This document shows, one piece after another, positions 30,937-36,141 of a stretch of DNA of 36,141 bases. The DNA comes from an uncultured Gemmobacter sp. GTDB lineage: Bacteria > Pseudomonadota > Alphaproteobacteria > Rhodobacterales > Rhodobacteraceae. How positions within the stretch are numbered: the first letter of the stretch is position 1; each line of letters opens with the position of its first letter. The stretch covers positions 1-36,141 of the forward strand of contig CALKAA010000112.1 in assembly GCA_937983495.1 (NCBI GenBank), in the 5' to 3' direction. The notes beneath the pieces are model-generated. The model was given only the letters and a program-made list of their open reading frames with translations, was not told the DNA's origin and made no database searches. The position numbers and the translations under genes are program-made.

Positions 30937-31245
30937 ATGGACCTGAACGCGCTTTCGCTGAAAGAATTGAAAGACCTGCAATCCCAGATTGCGCGCGCTA
31001 TTGCCTCTTATGAAGATCGCAAGAAGAAAGAGGCTGTCGCAGAGCTTGAGGATCGTGCGCGCCAGATGGGATTCTCCCTTGCCGAATTGCTGGGCACTTC
31101 ACCGGTGCGCAAACGAGCGCCTGCATCGGCCAAATACGCCAATCCCTCGAATCCGACGGAAACCTGGTCTGGCCGTGGCCGCAAACCGCGTTGGTTTGAG
31201 GCTGCGCTGGCCGAGGGCAAATCCCCCGAGGATATGGCCGTTTAA
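30937..31245 (+). CDS. hvrA: H-NS family nucleoid protein HvrA/Spb
   Basis: KYANP...TWSGRGRKPRW DNA-binding motif, downstream of regA. AAGGA precedes the ATG at 30937. Confidence 0.9.
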   Translation: MDLNALSLKELKDLQSQIARAIASYEDRKKKEAVAELEDRARQMGFSLAELLGTSPVRKRAPASAKYANPSNPTETWSGRGRKPRWFEAALAEGKSPEDMAV

Positions 31246-31259
31246 GAATACCCGGCGGT

Positions 31260-31850
31260 TTAGCTGTCGATTTCCTGCAATAACGCCAAGTGCCGGGCTG
31301 TATAAGCAGCCCGCACTTCAACAGGCGGGCGCAGGCGGATCTCCACCTCGCACATGACAGCTTCGGCCGGGCGGCCAAAAAGGCGGTTGGCCTCTGTCAC
31401 ATCAAAGCCGGCAATTTGCACGGCCTCCAGCCATGCCGAAATCTTGTCTGCACTTTTGATGGATTTCTTGACCGTGGCCGGCAACTGCGCAGGAAGCCCA
31501 AAGCGAAGATGAATGGCTGCCGTCAGGCGCTGGTCCAATTCGCCATATGCGCTGCCAATCGCAGCTTTCACCGGGCTGATCATATCACCAATCACATATT
31601 CCGGCGCGTCATGCAAAAGGGCGGCCAGCTTCCATTTAGGGTCAATACCCGGATTTTGCAGAGCAAAAATCCGCTCTACCAGAATAGAATGTTCAGCGAC
31701 CGAATAAGGGTGATCGCCCAAGGTCTGACCATTCCAGCGCGCGACAAAGGCCAGGCCATGCGCAATATCTTCTACCTCAATATCCATTGGGGTCGGGTCC
31801 AGCAGGTCCAGCCTGCGCCCTGACAGCATCCTTTGCCATGCCCTTTTCAT
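31260..31850 (-). CDS. HD family hydrolase (YfbR-like 5'-deoxynucleotidase)
   Basis: SVAEHS, LLHDAPEY and ADK motifs, with a GGGAGG RBS. Confidence 0.88.
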   Translation of the reverse strand: MKRAWQRMLSGRRLDLLDPTPMDIEVEDIAHGLAFVARWNGQTLGDHPYSVAEHSILVERIFALQNPGIDPKWKLAALLHDAPEYVIGDMISPVKAAIGSAYGELDQRLTAAIHLRFGLPAQLPATVKKSIKSADKISAWLEAVQIAGFDVTEANRLFGRPAEAVMCEVEIRLRPPVEVRAAYTARHLALLQEIDS

Positions 31851-32048
31851 CTGGCCCTCCCTTTGTCACAGCATTGCCGCGTGGCCTTGGCCAAGGCAAG
31901 GCGGCAGGGAAAACAAGGGCAGATGACGATTTCTGCTGAAACTTCGTGCCGCTTGTCGCTATCAGCGCTGATGTGTCGCATAAGGCAATCCGTCGTCCTG
32001 CCCATATGGCGACGCTTCAAGGCCGCTCATCGCTCAGGGAATGCACTG

Positions 32049-32945
32049 ATGACCTCCTCTTCCACGAACTTCGTCCTCACCGTCACCTGCCCTTCCACGC
32101 GCGGGATTGTTGCGGCAATCTCGGGCTTTCTGGCCTCGCAGGGCTGCAACATCACAGACAGCGCGCAGTTTGACGACCGTGAAACCGGTCGCTTTTTCAT
32201 GCGCGTGACTTTCGCCAGCGAAGATGGTGTCAGCGCCGTCGCCTTGCGTGACCAGTTCGCCGCCATCGCCACCCCATTTGGCATGGAATGGCAGATCGGC
32301 GCGGCGGGCGAAAAGATGAAGGTCATCATCATGGTTTCGCGCTTTGGCCATTGCCTGAATGACTTGCTCTACCGCTCCCGTATCGGTGCCCTGCCGATCG
32401 AGATCGTGGCTGTGATCTCTAACCATATGGATTATCAGAAAGTCGTGGTGAATCAGGATATTCCTTACTACTGCATCAAGGTGACCAAAGAAAACAAGGC
32501 GCAGGCCGAGGCTGAACAGATGCGCATTGTTCGCGAAACCGGGGCGGAGCTGATCGTTCTGGCCCGCTACATGCAGGTTCTGTCGGAGGAGATGTGCGCT
32601 GCCATGTCGGGGCGCATCATCAATATCCATCACTCCTTCCTGCCCAGCTTCAAAGGGGCCAACCCCTACAAGCAGGCCTTCGAGCGTGGCGTAAAGCTGA
32701 TCGGGGCCACCTCGCATTACGTCACCACCGATCTGGATGAAGGCCCGATCATCGAGCAAGACATCATCCGCGTGACCCATGCTCAATCGGGTGAAGACTA
32801 TGTCAGCCTTGGCCGTGATGTGGAGGCGCAGGTTCTGGCCCGCGCGATCCATGCCCATGTTCATCGCCGGGTCTTTCTGAACGGAAACAAAACCGTGGTG
32901 TTCCCTCCGTCGCCAGGCAGCTTTGCGTCTGAGCGGATGGGCTGA
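32049..32945 (+). CDS. purU: Formyltetrahydrofolate deformylase
   Basis: N-terminal ACT domain, HCLNDLL, LARYMQVL, INIHHSFLP and LDEGPIIEQ motifs. Start ATG 32049. Confidence 0.96.
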   Translation: MTSSSTNFVLTVTCPSTRGIVAAISGFLASQGCNITDSAQFDDRETGRFFMRVTFASEDGVSAVALRDQFAAIATPFGMEWQIGAAGEKMKVIIMVSRFGHCLNDLLYRSRIGALPIEIVAVISNHMDYQKVVVNQDIPYYCIKVTKENKAQAEAEQMRIVRETGAELIVLARYMQVLSEEMCAAMSGRIINIHHSFLPSFKGANPYKQAFERGVKLIGATSHYVTTDLDEGPIIEQDIIRVTHAQSGEDYVSLGRDVEAQVLARAIHAHVHRRVFLNGNKTVVFPPSPGSFASERMG

Positions 32946-32962
32946 TACCGGATCGGTGTATC

Positions 32963-32983
32963 AGCGGCGATCACGCCGCTTTT
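32963..32983 (+). terminator. Probable intrinsic terminator after purU
   Basis: AGCGGCG-atca-CGCCGCT followed by TTT. A second, overlapping stem GCTGATAC/GTATCAGC lies at 32941-32965. Confidence 0.5.
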
Positions 32984-33015
32984 CGCGGTGCGGGCAGGGT
33001 CTCTGCCTGCATCGC

Positions 33016-34662
33016 TTATTCCGGCGGCAGCATCGCTTGCAGCGTTTCCAGATGGTCGGCCTCGGCGGCGGGTTTGTCATCGCGGATGCGGTTGATCCGT
33101 GGAAAACGCATCGCCACGCCGGATTTGTGCCGCGAGGAGCGGTTCAGACCTTCGAACGCCACCTCCACCACCTTGCTGCGCGCGACCGAGCGCATGGGGC
33201 CAAAGCGCTCGATCGTGTGGGTGCGCACGAAACGGTCCAGTTCTTTCAACTCGGCATCGGTGAAGCCGAAATAGGCCTTGCCCACTGGTACCAGTTCATC
33301 CCCGTTCCAGACGCCAAAGGTGAAATCGGAATAATAGCCCGAGCGTTTGCCATGCCCGCGCTGCGCGTACATCAGAACGGCGTCAATCAGGAACGGGTCA
33401 CGCTTCCATTTGAACCACGGGCCCTTCACCCGCCCGGCCAGATAGGCACTATCGCGGCGTTTGATCATCACGCCTTCAATCACCGCCTCGGGCGGATTGG
33501 CGCGTAGTGCGGCGAGGGCCTCCCATGTCGCAAAGGGCAGTTGCGGCGAAAGGTCGATCTGCGGCCCTTGTGGGAGTTCGGCCAGAACAGCGCGGCGGCT
33601 ATCATAAGGCAGAGCACGCAGGTCACGCCCCTGCCAGATCAGCACATCATAAAGCCTCAGCCCTGCCGGATGGCTGCGCAGTAGCGCTGCGCTCACTGTC
33701 TTCCGATTCAGTCTTTGTTGCAATTCGGCAAAGCTTCCGATCTGCACCCCGCGCCGCACCAGCAATTCGCCATCTACTGCGCCCTCGAAATCCATCAGGG
33801 CAATCACATCGGGAAAGGCCCCGCTGATATCCTCGCCAGTGCGGGAATAGAGCCGTTTCAGCCCGCTATCGCTGACCGCCTGCACCCGAATTCCATCCCA
33901 TTTCCATTCCGCTGCATAATCGGCCGGGTCCAGCGCTGACAGCGCCTCAAAATCGGTTGCGGTCGACAGCATCACAGGGCGAAACGGCACACGGCTCGCA
34001 GCTTCTGGCCGTGGCCCTCCCGCGCCCCACGCAAAGAGATCTGTATACGGGGGCACCAGCGCGTGCCAGATTTCCTCCACATCAGCCAGGGGCAGGCCCG
34101 CCCAAGTGGCAAAGCTGCTGCGCGCCAGCCGGGCCGAAACACCCACCCGCAGCGCCCCGGTGGCCAGCTTCAAATAGGCATAGCGTTCCGACGGGCCCAA
34201 GCTATCCAGCCGCGCAGCAATCACGCCGGGCAGCCGGGCTTTTGGCGTTTCGGTCAGCTCAGCCACAACCAAGGACAAGCTGGGTGTATCACTGCCGTTT
34301 ATGGGCCAGATCAGGGCAATCGTCTCGGCAAGATCGCCCACAAAATCATAGCTTGCAGTAAAGAGTTGCGCATCTACCCGAGTTTCTGTCAGCCCGCGTA
34401 GCAGGCTTGGTGTCACCTGCCGCAACCGCAAATCATAGCTTGCAGTAAAGAGTTGCGCATCTACCCGAGTTTCTGTCAGCCCGCGTAGCAGGCTTGGTGT
34501 CACCTGCCGCAACCGCAAATCGCCGGTCAGCGCCGCGAGCATCAACCCACGATCCGGGTCGGCTTGGCTGGCAAAGGTCGCGGCCAGCAACTGCTCCTTG
34601 CGCCCCCGCTGTGGCGTGAAGGCAAGGCGTTCCAGCAAGGTGGCAAAGGCGGTCAGGCTCAT
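33016..34662 (-). CDS. ATP-dependent DNA ligase of the ligase-associated DNA damage response type, with an internal 29-aa duplication
   Basis: Adenylation motif EWKWDG, plus DGEL, EGVMIK, WFKWK, YAQRGHGKRS and AMRFPR. The start overlaps the exonuclease stop (ATGA). Confidence 0.93.
   Translation of the reverse strand: MSLTAFATLLERLAFTPQRGRKEQLLAATFASQADPDRGLMLAALTGDLRLRQVTPSLLRGLTETRVDAQLFTASYDLRLRQVTPSLLRGLTETRVDAQLFTASYDFVGDLAETIALIWPINGSDTPSLSLVVAELTETPKARLPGVIAARLDSLGPSERYAYLKLATGALRVGVSARLARSSFATWAGLPLADVEEIWHALVPPYTDLFAWGAGGPRPEAASRVPFRPVMLSTATDFEALSALDPADYAAEWKWDGIRVQAVSDSGLKRLYSRTGEDISGAFPDVIALMDFEGAVDGELLVRRGVQIGSFAELQQRLNRKTVSAALLRSHPAGLRLYDVLIWQGRDLRALPYDSRRAVLAELPQGPQIDLSPQLPFATWEALAALRANPPEAVIEGVMIKRRDSAYLAGRVKGPWFKWKRDPFLIDAVLMYAQRGHGKRSGYYSDFTFGVWNGDELVPVGKAYFGFTDAELKELDRFVRTHTIERFGPMRSVARSKVVEVAFEGLNRSSRHKSGVAMRFPRINRIRDDKPAAEADHLETLQAMLPPE
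34343..34521. repeat. Perfect 87-bp tandem duplication (2 copies plus a 5-bp AAATC)
   Basis: 34343-34429 is identical to 34430-34516, and AAATC recurs at 34343, 34430 and 34517. Confidence 0.97.
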
Positions 34663-35663
34663 TCAGCCTCCTCCTCATAGCCCACCATATGCAGGGGCCG
34701 CGCTGCACGGCCTTGCATCTCACACCAGCGCATGAGGGCATCTTCACGGCCATGGGTGATCCAGACTTCGCCGGGGTTCACCTCCGCGAGGGTTGCCGTC
34801 AGTTGGGGCCAGTCAACATGATCCGAGATGATCAGGGGCAGTTCCACGCCTCTTTGCCGGGCCCGCGCGCGCACCTGCATCCAGCCCGAAGCAAAGCAGA
34901 TCACTGGATCAGGAAAGCGTTGCACCCAAGGAGAGGCAAAGGCCGAGGGCGGTGCAATCACGATGGCTCCGGCGTAATCACCCTTCTTGCCGCGTGACTC
35001 GGTTGCGGGGCGCAGGTCTCCAAGCTCAATCCCCTGCGTGATGTGATACTCGCAAAGGCGCTGCAAGGCACCGTGAATATGGATCGGGGCGTCCCACCCT
35101 GCCAGCCTCAGTGCCGCGATCACCCGCTGCGCCTTGCCAAGCGCATAGGCACCGACCAGATGCGCCCGGTCCGGGTAGGCCGCCACGCTTGCCAAGAGCC
35201 GCGCGATCTCCGCCTCGGGCGGCGGATGGTGGAATACCGGAAGCGCAAAGGTGGCTTCGGTCACAAAGATGTCACAGGGCATTGGCTCAAACGGGGCGCA
35301 GGTGGGCGTTGGCGCCCGGGCATAATCGCCTGATACCACAATCCGTTGGCTGCCCGCCGTCACCGAGATCTGAGCCGACCCCAAAACATGCCCGGCGGGG
35401 TGAAAGCTGACCTCCACATTGCCCAGTCGCAGCGGCCCGTCCGCCTCCTGCCTTTGCATGGCAAAGCCTTCTCCATATCGGATCGCCATGATGTCGAGCG
35501 TTTGGCGCGTTGCCAGTACGGCACCATGACCGGCCCGGGCATGATCGGCATGGCCATGCGTGATCATGGCGCGTGGCACCGGGCGTATCGGGTCAATGTA
35601 GAAATCCCCCTCAGGGCAATAGAGACCTTCGGCCCGCGGGATCAGCAAGGACTGTTGGGGCAA
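34659..35663 (-). CDS. Ligase-associated DNA damage response exonuclease (MBL fold, beta-CASP-like)
   Basis: THGHADH, AGHVLGS, SGDY, EATF, YALGKAQR, SDH and THG motifs. The TTG start at 35663 has an AGGAGG RBS. Confidence 0.93.
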   Translation of the reverse strand: MPQQSLLIPRAEGLYCPEGDFYIDPIRPVPRAMITHGHADHARAGHGAVLATRQTLDIMAIRYGEGFAMQRQEADGPLRLGNVEVSFHPAGHVLGSAQISVTAGSQRIVVSGDYARAPTPTCAPFEPMPCDIFVTEATFALPVFHHPPPEAEIARLLASVAAYPDRAHLVGAYALGKAQRVIAALRLAGWDAPIHIHGALQRLCEYHITQGIELGDLRPATESRGKKGDYAGAIVIAPPSAFASPWVQRFPDPVICFASGWMQVRARARQRGVELPLIISDHVDWPQLTATLAEVNPGEVWITHGREDALMRWCEMQGRAARPLHMVGYEEEAE

Positions 35664-35705
35664 ACGCGGCCTCCTGTGAGGGCACGGCCTGCGCCCCTGC
35701 CTAGG

Positions 35706-35733
35706 ATATGCGCCTCGTAAGGATATTTCCAAG
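35706..35733 (-). promoter_or_regulatory. Putative RpoH-type promoter of the exonuclease-ligase operon
   Basis: CTTG-N18-GCATAT, with the same geometry as the motif upstream of hrcA. Confidence 0.45.
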
Positions 35734-36141
35734 GGGACAAGCGGGAGACGAACTGAGCCCGTTTTGCCGTTCCGATCCACAAACTTACCCGCGAAAGCGT
35801 CTCGGTGTGGAGGTTGTAATGACGAAGGCGTTATCATCGCACCAAACGATATGGCTCTCGGCGGGGCCGTTTCCGTTACAGCCCGAAGCGGGGGGATGAA
35901 ATCGCAATAATGAAAGCCATGCGTATCAAGTTTCGCCACTGTTAAAGCGAAGGAAACACAGGAAATGCCTGCACTTTCCGAAAGCGCCGAACATGACCTA
36001 AAGACGAAGCGAGAACCGTTGTGTCGTCTGCAGGATTTGCATTGCGGTAGCTCCCTTTGTCATCCCCGACACATCACCGCCGGCAATTTCTGCGCGCACA
36101 ATATAGTTGCGCAAAAGTTTTTTCATGCTGGTGGCATCGGA

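Noticed and set aside
32034-32864. Antisense or alternate-frame ORFs over purU (and likewise over rho, hrcA, mutS, addAB, amgK and the PAS gene)
   Set aside because: They lie entirely within well-supported genes and show no family motifs. They are GC-rich shadow ORFs.
35664-35939. 92-aa N-terminal extension of the exonuclease ORF
   Set aside because: The AGGAGG RBS and family similarity start at TTG 35663, and the extension covers the likely promoter.
35965-36141. Open plus-strand frame MPALSESAEHDL... running off the window
   Set aside because: No recognisable family and atypical composition. It cannot be supported without downstream sequence.

Overview
This window is the replication-origin region of an alphaproteobacterial chromosome, and the gene order points to Rhodobacteraceae. 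It begins with the 5' end of maf and a DnaA-box-rich, AT-rich intergenic gap that is the probable oriC. Next come hemJ-rho-mnmE-mnmG-rsmG-parA-parB, hemW-rdgB-rph, hrcA-grpE, mutS and maeB-rbsK. Then follow the divL-like PAS gene-tsaE-amgK-murU-addB-addA block, regB/senC-regA-hvrA, an HD hydrolase, purU, and a DNA-damage exonuclease/ATP-dependent ligase pair. It is almost all core housekeeping DNA: I see no rRNA, tRNA, CRISPR array, IS or prophage, and I cannot claim a clearly new biological system. The main observations are: (1) four perfect parS palindromes, three overlapping CDSs in the three different reading frames; (2) a perfect in-frame 87-bp tandem duplication with 5-bp microhomology inside the ligase; (3) a perfect CtrA box in front of the divL-like gene that heads the addAB block; (4) an rbsK/addA junction suggesting an origin-spanning inversion that separated addA from trxA; (5) lower GC across the parS zone; and (6) RpoH-type and AraC/GbdR-type promoter motifs. 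Start codons were chosen by eye from RBS context and family N-termini. Comparative statements are from memory, not from searches.
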